Assembly: GCF_006345805.1 (NCBI RefSeq)
Contig: NC_043005.1
Span: 23,436,001-23,500,000 of the forward strand
DNA: 64,000 nucleotides
Source: Octopus sinensis
Taxonomy: Eukaryota
Direction: 5' to 3'
Under the pieces are notes generated by a model, which saw nothing but the letters and a program-made list of their open reading frames with translations, made no database searches and was not told the DNA's origin. The position numbers and the translations under genes were made by a program. Each line of letters starts with the position of its first letter. Position 1 is the first letter of the stretch. Below are positions 37,327 through 49,832 of the stretch, in pieces.

Positions 37327-37894
37327 CTTCATTAAATTGTCAGAAAATATTTAGTTATTGCTCTTTATATTCTGAGTTCAAATCCTGCTAAGGTGAGACT
37401 TTAGCTTTCATCCCTTTGTGGCAAATAAAATAAAGTACAAGTCAAATATTGAAGCTGATATCATCAACTCTACCCTGCACCAAACTGGGTGACCCTAGTG
37501 TCAATGCTAGAAATAATTGTTATGAAGATGATGATGAATTAGTGGAGTTGGTGACCAAATAGCAGAACTAGAATCATGTGAGTCTTGTCTATATCATTGT
37601 TCTGCTATGATCTGCACATGTAACACTTGACACTTTAGCATTTAAACCAATCATATCTGTCCCAAATATCCTACCTGTTTGTATCTTAAACCCTACAATG
37701 TCATTCTAAAAGTAAACTATCACATCAAAATCTTGAAGCTATGAGATAATGTATGATTAATTGAAAACAATGTGAATAAACAAGCATCACCTTTCAGAGT
37801 AACCTGAATGTTAATGGGTTGATCTATGGAATGAAATTAAAGGAATAATGTTATACACAAAACAAATGACTGAAAGAAGCAAATGAAGGATGTA

Positions 37895-38150
37895 ATCATC
37901 ATCATCGTTTAATGTCCGTTTTCCATGCTAGCATGGGTTGGACGGTTCAACTGGGGTCTGGGAAGCCAGAAGGCTGCGCCAGGCCCAGTCTGATCTGGCA
38001 GTGTTTCTACGACTGGATGCCCTTCCTAACGCCAATCACTCCGTGAGTGTAGTGGGTGCTTTTTATGTGCCACCTGCACAGGTGCCAGATGAGGCTGGCA
38101 AACAGCCACGATTGGATGGTGCTTTTTACGTGCCACCGGCACGGGCGTGC
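37895..38150 (-). mobile_element. RTE-type 3'-UTR repeat with (GAT)n tail (representative copy)
   Basis: catcatc gtttaa(c/t)gtcc..ccatgctagcatgggttggacgg..ctggatgcccttcctaacgcc; other copies near 28165, 29060-29450, 30640, 34450, 38795, 45745, 49400, 59040, 63760. Confidence 0.75.
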
Positions 38151-38152
38151 CA

Positions 38153-38515
38153 AGGTGCATGGCTCAGTGGTTAGAGCATTGAGCTTATGATTGTGAGGTT
38201 ATGAGTTCCATTTCTGGACCGGGCTGTATGTTGTGTTCTTAAGCAAGACACTTTATTTCATGATGCTCCAGTTCACTCAGCTGTAGAAATGAGTTGTGAT
38301 GTGAATGGTGCCAATGTGTATCGGCCTTTGCCTTTCATCTTCGATAACATTAGTGGTGTGGAGAGGGGAGGCTGGTATGCATGGGTGGCTGCTGGTCTTC
38401 CATAAAAACAACCCTAAGTTGTGCATTCACTGGTGAGGCAACTTTCCACCCAGACTTGTTACTCAGAGGGGAACCTCTGAGGCACCCATGGTCATTCATG
38501 ACCGACGGAGTCGAG

Positions 38516-38517
<2 letters not shown>
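38153..38517 (+). mobile_element. tRNA-headed SINE with CORE/Meta-like central domain
   Basis: ggtgcatggctcagtggttagagc head; ttgtgttcttaagcaagacactttatttc..ctcagctgtagaaatgagt core; related copies at 30900-31240 (-) and 44520-44840 (-). Confidence 0.7.
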
Positions 38518-38548
<31 letters not shown>

Positions 38549-38617
38549 AGAGTAAGCACATAAAAGTGAAACAAGGTGGAAAAAATAGTACTCGAATACC
38601 AGCGGTAAAGTAAAATG

Positions 38618-38768
38618 CTTTATTAATAAAGCTGCAAAGACATCACAAAAACTGTTACTCAGAGTTTCACATTCCCGCTTGTCAGGCATCTCAATCAAAA
38701 CTGTCTGATGAATGGGAATGTGAAACTCTGAGTAACAGTTTTTGTGATGTCTTTGCATCTTTATTAAA
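38618..38768. repeat. Inverted repeat (about 55-bp arms) carrying the 38697 hammerhead
   Basis: ctttatta..gcaaagacatcacaaaaactgttactcagagtttcacattccc versus its reverse complement at 38714-38768. Confidence 0.85.
38697..38742 (+). ncRNA. Type-I hammerhead ribozyme motif, core intact, wobble-rich stem II
   Basis: AAAACTGT-CTGATGA-ATG(GGAA)TGT-GAAACTC-T-GA-GTA-ACAGTTTT: 8-bp stem I, GNRA loop II, GUA triplet. Confidence 0.65.
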
Positions 38769-38978
38769 GTGTGTGTGTATATATATATATATATATCATC
38801 ATCATCATTGTATAACATCCGTTCTCCATGCTAGCATGGGTTGGACGGTTCGACCGGGGATCTGGGAAGCCAGAAGGCTGCACCAGGCTCCAGTCTTATC
38901 TGGCAATGTTTCTACAGCTGGATGCCCTTCCTAACGCCAACAACTCTGTGAGTGTAGTGGGTGCTTTTTACGTGCCAC

Positions 38979-39012
<34 letters not shown>

Positions 39013-39452
39013 CATGGATGTTGTGCGTCATGGAGGAGATTACAATGGACTGAGATGTCTAGAGATATGAGGTTCTTGAGAAGATCCACCCACCTCAGCA
39101 AAACATGATGTCTTTTTTGTTTAAGAAGGAACACAGGGTAGTCCAGTTGAATATTTGAATTTCTACATTTCTGTGTACTTTCCATTATTCTGGTCTTATT
39201 TTGAACCTGAAGAAGACAGATGTACTTTTGAAATATTGTTGAGTTCAATAAACAAAATCAATCTGTTTCTTTATTTCATATTGCACTCTTTATATTCTGA
39301 GATCAACTTTGTCTTTCATCATTTTGAGGTTCATGAAATAAGTACCAGTTAAGCACTGGGGTTGATCTAATTGATTAGTCCTTTCCTTCCAAACTTTCAG
39401 GCCTTGTGCCTATAATAGAAAGTATTATTATTATTACTTTTTCTTTTTTCAG

Positions 39453-39556
39453 GTTGTCAAATTATTTTGACTAAAGAATTAGAAGGCCTTGAACTGACTC
39501 TACCTCCAGCTACACGAAACTTCTACGTTGATGGCCATGAACCTACGCCCCATTGA
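39453..39556 (+). CDS. FDX2: FDX2 exon 6 (fourth Cys, stop)
   Basis: ttcttttttcag acceptor; GCQIILTKELEGLELTLPPATRNFYVDGHEPTPH then TGA at 39554-39556. Confidence 0.95.
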
Positions 39557-40149
39557 TAATAACTATATTGATGGTTTATAACTAATGAAAAACTTAATTT
39601 TTTTTACACAATTGTAACGGCAGATTTGTTTATTTATTTATAAATATTTGTAAATATAGTTTTTTCTGTCTTTTTTTAAAAAATATATTGAACTGAGTGT
39701 TTTTATTTCTTTGTTGCCTTTGCCACAGTTCTATCAATAACACTTTGACTACTGTTGCCATGACCATTATTTTCACCATCAGGCATAGGCATGACTGTGA
39801 GGTTCAAAAGTTTGGCTCCTAACCCCATGGGTTCCATTGCACAGCGCTTTGGGTAAATGACTTATTCTGTAACCCTGGGCTGACTGAAGCTTTGTGAGTA
39901 GATTTGGTAGAATGGAAACTAAATGCTCATTGAATATACACACAGACACACACGAGTGGGTAAACAAAGAAAAGTAGCGCTCAACACATAGCTGGAGTTT
40001 TATTTATTGAGTAACTTGAAAATTTCATCCTACTTGTGCAAGCATGGAAAAGTGGACCTTAAAATGATGATGATTATCTATACTTAGTAACGGGTTAACT
40101 TAGCTTCTTGTGTTGCTTAAAGTTTCATGGTCATGCTTTTTTCATCTCT

Positions 40150-41060
40150 TTATGAGCTAAGTCAACCTGTTACTCATCATCACTGACAATCAAATGGAAT
40201 GAAATCAGGAAAATAAGGAGATTGATCAACCAGTTCAAAGTCACAATCACATACAGCAGCCATTGAATCCAAGGACTCATGTGCAGGAGCATTTTCCAGA
40301 TGAAATGAAACCCCTTTTGTCAGTTTTCCTGGGAATTTGGTCTTGATAGCCCTTTTTAATTGCCTTAGAAAATTGACATAATACTCTCCATTAATGGTGT
40401 GGCCCTTTTGAAGATAGTTAATAAACACAATGCCTTTTGTATCACCCCAAAACTGAGGGCTGTTTCCACTGCATGCTTTATCTCTTTGTTTCTGGCTCAA
40501 AGTGATGAAGCCAATGTACATCCTGGGTTAGGAAACCAGCTGGATCTGCTTCAAATGTCAGATTTTCCCGTGATGTGATCAGCCTGGCGATGCTTTTGAT
40601 CAGGTGTCTGAAAACATGGCACCCACCGAGCAGAAACCTTCGTTATGCAGAATATTCTCAACTCTCTCATGAGATATGCTAACAGTTTTGGCTATTTGAT
40701 ATATAGTCAACTGTCTGTTATGAACATGATCCAAGTTTTCCTCAGTGGTGGGTGGTAGTTGCAGGACGTCCAGACATTGGGTCATCTTCAGGACTCTCCC
40801 TTCCTCTCCTAAATTCAGCTGCCCACTTTTGCATTGTTGATAAAGCTTGAGCATCATTCCCTAATGTAGTAACCATGTCAGCATGAATGTTGCTGGGAGC
40901 TAAACACTTTTTCTGCTGTTATTTGATAACACCATAATGCCAAATTTTGTCCATTTTCAAAAGAACTTGTTATTAGTTACTTTTAAAGTCTTCTTTGAAC
41001 AGTCATTTGTCAGTTTACCAGGAAAAAAACAATGCAGTTATTAATAAAAATAGTTAAAAT
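40150..41060 (-). mobile_element. Degenerate mariner transposon
   Basis: TTEENLDHVH..RQLTIYQIAKTVSISHERVENILHNE (HTH) and KGIVFINYLQKGHTINGEYY...FHLENAPAH...QSPYFPD (catalytic domain), frameshifted. Confidence 0.85.
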
Positions 41061-41333
41061 TGGTGCATGTAATATTTAACAGTTCTAGCATCACTCCTTC
41101 ATAGTCAGCCTATGAGCTATTTGATATCTTCCCGTCATTCTATGACATCAAGATTATCACTGTTGCTGTTTTCGTTCACTATGTTCTGCTATTTATGTGA
41201 AGCACAGAAAAGATCTCACCTAACAAGGCAACTATACTGTAGTATATTTTCAGCAAACAGTTTTGTTATAAAATTAGAAATATTGTATTTCTAAATCTCT
41301 CAGAGAGACTTATACAGTAGCAGCATGATAAAG

Positions 41334-41837
41334 TGATGGTTTGGTGCCAACTTAATGTGGCAGTCCCATAAAAGGGAAGAATGCTACTGTTATTTAGCCC
41401 CAGGAAATATCGTTTCCAGTTGGTTATGTGACACAAGCATTCTGTGTCCTTAAGTTTTTAAACAAGGGAGATAAGCACCTCCACCCAGCAAAGCCAGCAT
41501 CCAGAGACTAGGTTCTGAGAGATTTAGAAATGCAATATTTCTAATTTTGTAGATCAGTGAATTTATTTCACTTAAAATTCTCTGTTTTCAAAGGTAAATA
41601 TGCATAGACAGCTGGCAAGCCAAGCTACTCCAGACTGATGAAGAGCAATAACTCTGAAACTAGTCTCTGAATGCTGGCTTTGCTGAGTGGAGGTGCTTAT
41701 CTCCTGTGTTTGAAAACTTAAGGACACAGAACGCCTGTGTCACATAGCCAACTGGAAACGATGTTTCCTGGGGCTATATAGAAGTAGCATTCTTCCATTT
41801 CCTGGGACTGCCACATTAAGTTGGCATCAAACCATCA
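41334..41837. repeat. Inverted repeat (about 185-bp arms), Penelope pLTR-like, carrying the 41631 hammerhead
   Basis: tgatggtttggtgccaacttaatgtggcagtccc... (41334-41520) is the reverse complement of 41651-41837 with scattered mismatches. Confidence 0.85.
41631..41669 (+). ncRNA. Minimal type-I hammerhead ribozyme motif, core intact
   Basis: CAGA-CTGATGA-AGAG(CAATAA)CTCT-GAAAC-TA-GTC-TCTG: stem I CAGA/TCTG, stem II AGAG/CTCT, palindromic stem III ACTAGT, GUC cleavage triplet. Confidence 0.75.
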
Positions 41838-44800
41838 GTTTTGTTTAGTATTGCTAAAAATTAATCCTGGTCTGGCTTGGTGAATAGAGTTCATTTCATA
41901 GCCATCTAATTTTTAGTTCTATATCACTGCACAGAATCTTGGACAAGTGTCTTCTCTTAGTCTCATGAGTTGTTATTGATAAATGGAAATTATAGAAACC
42001 TGTCATATCTACATGTATATGTGTGTATATTTACATTGTGCGTGCTTGCATGAAGCTGTTTAAGTAAAAGGGCAGTGTTATATTTGCATTCTTTCTAAAC
42101 AATTTCTCCTGCAGTTCTGCATTTTTGAATGAAATATCCCTCACTTGAAAAACAGGTATGGATTGGTGAGAGCAAGAGCATCTGACTAAAAAATACAGTC
42201 ACAAATAACAAACCTTCATGAAAAAAATGAACATAAGACAAACAAATGAAATGCCTGGCTTTTATTGTTTGTTGGCTCAACAATGTTGCTGCTGGTATCA
42301 ACAAAACAAGGCCCCACTAAATATAAGCAAGTTCAGTACACAACATCTAGCAGCAGTAATTTTACCCAGCGGATGAACTTTCTGACAATCCAAGGTTCTC
42401 AGTAATATTGCCAGAGCAAGGACTTTGTGAAAATGTCCACTATTCCCAAATGGAAAGTCCTCCAGAAATGACTACTTAGAGCATCCTTATCAATGCCAAG
42501 AATCACTCCCTGACCATCATCACTCATTCACTCCATTGACCCATATAATATGACGACTGATGTTACACTAACCACAGTGTCCAGCTGCATAGTGCACAAA
42601 ATACCTGGCAACATGCCAAATGTGTAACCTTAGCTTCACCCAGGGCTGTAGTATTGTCAAAGAGATGAGATGCAGAAGGACATACTGCAAGAATGGTGAC
42701 TACACACCTGTTCACTGTTGTCATCATTGGTTAAACATGTCTAGAGATATATATCAGTCTCTCTGTGTGTCTTGTATGTCATCAACCATGGCTCCCTAAG
42801 ACACCTTTCCTAGAATGGTGGTTGTCAGCAGATAGACTTCTTGACAAATGAGACTTCTTCACCTACATAGTTATAATAAATAAAATGTGGGTAGATGAGA
42901 GAATAGTAGATTATAATGACTTGCAGTCTTCTAGTTGTTCTGAGTTCAAATCTTACCAAGGTCAGCTTTCTGAGGTTAATAAAATAAAGTACTAGTGAAA
43001 TAGTGGGTTCAATTTCATCAAGTAACCCACTCTCTAAAATTTATAGCCTTCTGTCAGTGCTTGAAATTATTTGAAGTATAGTGAGCTGTTGGCATGACAA
43101 ACACATTTGCTTAATTTACTCAGGAATTACTGGAGTTAGCAAAGAAATGACAGCATCCCTTCTCTTTGTAGAACAAGTTATTCTTATATTAAAGTATACA
43201 ACCTGGAGGGTGCTAAGTTCATAGTTGATAGAATCAGATACTTTACTGTTCTTAGGAATGGGACGTTTTGTTGCATGTTTCTAAAAAATCATGATTGATC
43301 CTTACAGATTGTGAAAGATTGAAGAGTTTGATGAGGATAGGGGCTACATGGAAGATACATTACCAGCATGGATTGAATGGATACTTACAATTGAGACATT
43401 ATCTCACAGCTAGATACCTTTGCTGTCACTAACCTGTAACTGTATTTTAAGTAAAGAATATATTATTTTATACTGAATATTAATTTGAAGACTAGGCACT
43501 CCTCCTTCCTCTAGATATTCTTGGCAACATATCTTCCATTCCTAATCCACCAATCATATAGACACAGAGGTAACACTCCTGAATTTGAAAAAAGGAAGTT
43601 TTGCTACTGTTGTGAATTGTGGAATTGAAAGAAAATGTGGAACATGTCTCCACTATAGAGACATCTTGTTGAGTCAGTTACAAATTTGGTGTCTTTCTTG
43701 GTAAAGGATCATTTTAGTCCATTAGGCAAAGGATTCTACCAAATGGTTAACATTTTGAAAGTTATCATGTGCATGAGGTTGGCAGCAATTGAGTTATTCT
43801 TTAAAGAATAACACTTATACAGGTTAAGTGTTGTTTGTTCTAGACATCATAAGCAACAAAAGTGTTATAAATGCAAATTTTTATAGAAGAATGAACATCA
43901 ATAAAATAAAGTGTGAAGTATATCATGTTTTATGGATTGCTATGCAACCAACTGGCTACATCACATATTCACCCTTGTTATGTCTACTCTTTGGTTGCAA
44001 AATAATCACTATGTCCAGTTCTTTCCCAGATCATAACGCCTTTAAATTCCTCCCAGCCCATGTCTTTCTCTGCGGGTATTGACTTGCAGAGTCTGTGAAG
44101 GCCATAGGAAACTCCTCCTTCCTCCAGATCCAGCAACTAGAAGAAAAAAAGATAACTGCCATCATGATTGTATAATGTTCAAAGGTCCTATTGTCTCGCA
44201 CTGCATGACAACCATTAATATTGAGTATAAAATAGTAAATTCTTTACTTAAAAAAAGTTACAGGTTAGTGACAGCAAAGGTATCTAGCTGTAAAATAACG
44301 TTGCAATAATAAGTATCCATTCAACCCATGCTGGTAAAGAAAAAAATGGATGTATAATGAATGAGATTACATTGGCACCTGCAAATTAACATTCAGCTTA
44401 ACCACCAAGTAATGAAAGAACCATGCTAGAAATACAAGGAATAAAATTATATAAATTTAAACCAGCAACAGAATCAGTCTTTTAATAGGATACCTACATA
44501 AAATGCAAACCAGTATATAACCGCTGTGCTCCGTCAGTCACGACAATGAAGTTTCTAGTTGATCTGGTCAAAGGAACAGCCTGTGAAATGAATGTGCAAG
44601 TGGCAGAGTACTCCACAGACAAGCACACCCTTAATGTAGTTCTCAGGGAAATTCAGTACAACACAGAATGTGACAAAGCTGAACCTTTGAAATACAGGAA
44701 CTACTCATTTCTGGCAGCTGAGTGGACTTGGAGCAACATGAAATAAAGTGTCCTGCTCAAGGACACAACATGGTGCTGGGAATCGATCTCACAACCATAC

Positions 44801-44857
44801 AATTGTGAAATGAATGCCCTAACCACTGATCCACACACCTTCACTATACACACACAC

Positions 44858-44892
<35 letters not shown>

Positions 44893-44896
44893 TATA

Positions 44897-45569
44897 CTAG
44901 CTGACGTACCTGGTAATTCCCAGGAAAGTGGGACTTATCTCTTGGTTCTGTTCTCATAATTGTTTTGCTAATCCAGTAACAACAATACAAAGTATGTAGC
45001 CCTTAAAATGGTTTTTGTGCATTTATTGAGAATACTGGACTGTCCTACACAGGATCTTCTTTTCAGGAAATCCCAATAACTTATGAATACCCAAATTGTG
45101 AAGTCAGTTATGTAATAACATGAAATTAATTACCTGATAGTAAGAATTGAAATAAAGTAGCCCTGAAAAGGGCTTTAATATGTTTCCAGAGTATATAGAA
45201 CTTAGGTCGAAATACTAAAGGTATGTATACTAAAATTGTGAAGCATGTTACATAATAACAGGCTAATCAGGTATGAGATAATAACAATTCAAAGTATATA
45301 ACTCTGAAAAAAGCTCTTGTGCGTTTGCAGAGAATATTCCCCTCAGTGGCGCTAGTATTGGTTTATTCGTGAATAAGTCACTAACTGAAATAAGTGGATC
45401 TATTGTTTAAGAAAATACTTGTTTAATCATTGTACCGGATAAATTGTGAAAATAACTCAAATAGTCAAATACTAAGAAATAAGCATACTCAACTTGATTT
45501 ATATGAAATAATTTACGAACATGAATGGGTTATTTCCCTTGGCTATATATATATATATATATATAAGGA
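44897..45569 (-). mobile_element. Non-autonomous Helitron (second family)
   Basis: On the - strand, a CCTGG/CCAGG hairpin (44909-44924) lies 8 nt before CTAG|T; candidate 5' end A|TCCTTATATATA at 45569 is less certain. Confidence 0.55.
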
Positions 45570-46778
45570 TCCTTTTCAAGAGCAAATGGGTTATTTCCCT
45601 TGGATGTCTAAAAATGTTATATGTAGTAGATATAAGAATCCCTTCCAGGGACCCTATTATCGACTTTTTCAACAATCTAAGTATGTCACTAGTTTTCCAG
45701 ACTTTGCTTGCAAAGATCTGTTGAGGCAAGTGAAATCAAAATCATTGAAGTGACTGATGACAGTACCGCCTGATTGGCACTTGTGCCAGTGGAATGTAGA
45801 AACTTTTGCCAGATCAGACTGGAGCCTGGTGCAGCCTTCTGGCTTGCCAGTCCTCAAACTGTCCAACCCATGCCAGCATGGGAAGCAGACGTTAAATGAT
45901 GACGATGATGTGTGTGTCTTAACCTGTCTTCCTCGCTTGACAACTGTTGTTGGTCGACTTCTGGAACTAAAACCTTTTAAGGCAGTGCAGCAACATGGCC
46001 AGTCAAATGACTGAAAAGTGTAAAAGAATATATATATATATACATGTATATATATGGTACAATATTGTGTAATGATAATATAAGAAAATGGAGAGGAAAT
46101 ATAGCGGATAGCTATTTAATTTCATCTGTATCATCAGGAAAACATATCAAACAATGTAATACATATTAGATTTAAAGGATTAAAATCATCATAAAAAGTG
46201 CCTACACACATTTTAATCCGGTCACTAAGTGAACAATGCTTCGGATCATCACGATTTGAACCATGTTAAGAGTCATAGATGTAAAAGAACCCCACAGTAT
46301 GACCGGATTTCGTCAGGGCTGTCTTTTCCAAAAGACAAATGCTTACATATTGGTGATAAATAACAAACTAAATAAAATTGATGAGGAATATATTTTCAAA
46401 TATCCAAATAATGTAAACAATGTTATCAGGAAAGATAGGATGTCTAACCCATTCAGTTTCCTTATTTCTATGTTTATTCAAGTAAGATTTGTCCTCAGGT
46501 GTTAAGTCATGGTAGAAGGCTTTCCATTTTATTCAATGTATGAAATCCTTTATTTTATTGATTAGTTCCTTTAGGTATTCCTCAACATATAAAAGAATAT
46601 ATATATATATAGATAGATAAGAAAGTTGGTTTGTGAAAGCACGTGGTTGAATATATAGAAAATAGTAAAAAGTGAAAAAACTACAGAAGGCTTAAAGGTT
46701 AAAAAATATATATATATTTGCGTCAATATGTCTGAAGAATATTAAAAAATTTTTTTTCCTTACAATGACATAATTTAG

Positions 46779-47145
46779 AAGAAAGACCGGTTTCGCGTTT
46801 AGCTTTTCAAATTTCTTACGACGTTATGTTTATGTTGAATAAAGTTATCGTTATGTTTATGTTTAAAAGAGTTCTAAATAAGGGGAGGTAATGAGTGATT
46901 TCTTCCGGTGTAAGGGAGATAATCGCTTAAATTTTTTTTCCTTTCCCTTGGTGTGAATTTCTCTGTATCAGTATGTTGGCATGGTTAAGTCTGGGCTTGT
47001 ACTTTTCAATGAAGAATGTTTCCTTGTTTAGTCTAATTTGTGTTGATGATCCAATAGCACATTGGTAAAATGGAAAGATTAAAAATTGTGGTAGTAGTTG
47101 CTTTGCGCATTTCTCAATGTGCTCACTAAAAGATATCATTCTGTA
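46779..47145 (-). mobile_element. Penelope-like element 3' relic (GIY-YIG C-terminal fragment followed by a decayed hammerhead)
   Basis: ORF 46927-47139 SEHIEKCAK...FLIFPFYQC...RLNKETFFIEKYKPRLN resembles the end of a PLE GIY-YIG domain; downstream is AAGAAA-tTTGAAAA-GC(TAAAC)GC-GAAAC-CG-GTC-TTTCTT. Confidence 0.55.
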
Positions 47146-47174
47146 TTCTGGGAATGCAATCTGTTGTCGATGCA

Positions 47175-47223
<49 letters not shown>

Positions 47224-47670
47224 TATATATATATATATATAATTGTACAGTGATATCTTTGATTTAAGAGAATATATTTCTCAGATATTTGTTAATACTG
47301 TCAATTAAATAAATAGTTCCTCCCCTCTCTGTTCTGGAAATAATATTAAATGAAATATATAAGTATTCTGAAATAATGTATTTATTAAAAAAATCACAAT
47401 AGCTCACATTATAATTGTGGTTATATAATATGCTGGAATGTTATCATACATGTGTAAATATATATTTGGTTAAATATTTCCCCCACAGAATAGCTTTTGA
47501 CATTAATATGGTTGCTCTTCAGTATGAATGCCCATGTGTAGTGAATTAACTTCTTTTAGAGAATAATTGACAAACATTACATCGTTGTGGTTTCCCCTTT
47601 CAGAATGCATTTGATGTCTAAGTTACTAAATCCAAAGAATGTTTTAGCACAGACACTAGTGAGGTGATTT

Positions 47671-48930
47671 CTAACTTGTACGAATGCATTTGTGTTTATT
47701 TAACTGGCTTGACTGAGCAAATGATCTACTGCAGATATTACAGAGAAATGGCTTCTCTCCTGTATGAATACGTATGTGTTTAATTAGGTGTTGATTTAGT
47801 GAGAATGATTTACCACAGACATCACAGTGGTACGGCTTCTCTCCAGTATGAATACGTTTGTGTTTAGTTAAACCACTACTTCCTGATAATGTTTTACCAC
47901 AAATATCACACTGATATGGCTTTTCTCCTGTATGAATGTATCTGTGTTCAGTTAAGTGATCATTTCGAGCGAATGACTCACTACAAATATCACAGTGATA
48001 CGGCTTCTCTCCTGTATGAATGCGTTTGTGTATAGTTAAGCTACTTGATACCGTGAAGGATTTACCACAGATATTACAGTGATATGGTTTCTCACCTGTA
48101 TGAGTCCGTTTATGTTCACTTAACTGATCACTCCGAGAGACTGATTTACCACAGATATCACACTGATATGGGTATATTCCTGTATGAATACGTTTATGTA
48201 TAGTTACTTGACCAACTTGAGAGAATGATCTGCCACAGATATCACAGTGATATGGCTTCAGTCCTGTATGAATATACTTGTGAGAAGTTAAGGTACTTCC
48301 ATGAGAGAATGATTTGCCACAGATATCACAGTGATATGGCTTCTCTCCTGTATGAATACGTTTATGAATATTTAAGACACCTTTTTCAGAGAATGATTTA
48401 CCACAGATATCACAGTGATATGGTTTTTCTCCTGTATGAATGCGTTTGTGTATTGCTAAACGAATGCTTTGTGAGAATGATAAACCACAGATATCACAGT
48501 GATATGGTTTTTCTCCTGTATGAATACGTTTGTGAATAGTTAAGGTACTTCCACAAGAGAATGATTTACCACAGACATCACAGTGATATGGTTTCTCTCC
48601 TGTATGAACACGCTTGTGTTTGGTCAAGCTATCACTTCGAGAGAATGATTTACCACAGATATCACAGTGGTGTGGTTTCCCAACTTTATGAGTACGTTTG
48701 TGTCGAGTTAAATAATTCATTTGAGAGTATGATTTGCTGCATATGTCACAACGGTATGTTCTTTCTCCTGCATGACTACATTTGTGAGTGGTGGGGTTAC
48801 CTTTTTGAGGGAATGGCATTTTGCATATATCACAGTGGTAAGATGTTATTCCTATCTCTTTCAGCTTATCAGGAATATTTTTAGACTCTGTTTTAAGTTC
48901 AATTTGGTTCTCACACAATTCGTTTTCCAT
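47671..48930 (-). CDS. Tandem C2H2 (Kruppel-type) zinc-finger protein, 419 aa, 14 fingers, no KRAB/SCAN domain
   Basis: 28-aa repeats of C-x2-C-x12-H-x3-H with HTGEKP linkers; finger 1 has Pro at the conserved Leu and finger 14 lacks its last His; in-frame TAG upstream of ATG 48930; tttctctatttcag acceptor at 49269-49270 marks the start of the exon. Confidence 0.95.
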   Translation of the reverse strand: MENELCENQIELKTESKNIPDKLKEIGITSYHCDICKMPFPQKGNPTTHKCSHAGERTYRCDICSKSYSQMNYLTRHKRTHKVGKPHHCDICGKSFSRSDSLTKHKRVHTGEKPYHCDVCGKSFSCGSTLTIHKRIHTGEKPYHCDICGLSFSQSIRLAIHKRIHTGEKPYHCDICGKSFSEKGVLNIHKRIHTGEKPYHCDICGKSFSHGSTLTSHKYIHTGLKPYHCDICGRSFSQVGQVTIHKRIHTGIYPYQCDICGKSVSRSDQLSEHKRTHTGEKPYHCNICGKSFTVSSSLTIHKRIHTGEKPYHCDICSESFARNDHLTEHRYIHTGEKPYQCDICGKTLSGSSGLTKHKRIHTGEKPYHCDVCGKSFSLNQHLIKHIRIHTGEKPFLCNICSRSFAQSSQLNKHKCIRTS

Positions 48931-49832
48931 AATTCTTCTGATCTAATATTTAGAAGTTTTGGGTTTTTTTATATTTCATTTCCAACAAATCATTCTTCTG
49001 CTACAATTCCACCTGGAATGCAGCAAATTCTTTTGTTAGGCAAAATATAAGAATGCAAAATCATCTTGTACATATTCCACACAGTGAAATAGAGAAATTT
49101 TGCTATTAATCTCGGTCCAAGAGAAATATTTCACAGTAATTCTACCATAGATTTATATAAATATGTTTATATTTGTTTTGTATAACATTTTCATTTGGTC
49201 TTTAGCAAATGAGAATTGAGGATGCAGTTGAAGCAAAAAATTCTTTCATCCAAATGTCATTCAACAATCTGAAATAGAGAAACATTATAAAATACAGAAA
49301 ATACTTAGAAAAGTGGAAATTTTACATATCTAAACTGATAAGATACCTTTACCAAACAACTGATTTATAACTTACTACAAAAATTACATCATACTTTTTT
49401 TTAGTTCCGTTTTCTATGCTGGCATGGGTTGGATAGTTTGACTGGGGACTGGCAAGCCAGGAGGCCACACCAGGCCCCAATCTGATCTGGCAATGTTTCT
49501 ACAACTGGATGCCCTTCCTAATGCCAACCACTCCGAGAGTGTAGTGGGTGCTTCTTACATGCCACTGGCACGGGAGCCAGTCTGTTGGCACTAGCATCGT
49601 CCATGTTTGGATGGTGCTTTTTACATGCTGCCGGCACAGGAGCCCGTCGGGGGAGGGGGGGCTGGAATCGACCGCCAGTCAGAGTGGGGAATGGGGGGGG
49701 GGGCATTGACCAACCAATTTTGTGTAATGTCAGCATATTTGTTGAATACAAGATATACTTTCAGATCATGTTAATATCATTAAATGTTAAACTCTAAAAT
49801 ATTGGATAATAACATTCTTTTCTGTTGTTTAA

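Noticed and set aside
39201-39247. CTGAAGA...GAAATATT motif in FDX2 intron 5
   Set aside because: Stem II cannot pair convincingly; at best a heavily decayed relic.
48225-49050. Plus-strand ORFs with [10 protein letters not shown] repeats
   Set aside because: They are the antisense shadow of the zinc-finger repeats.
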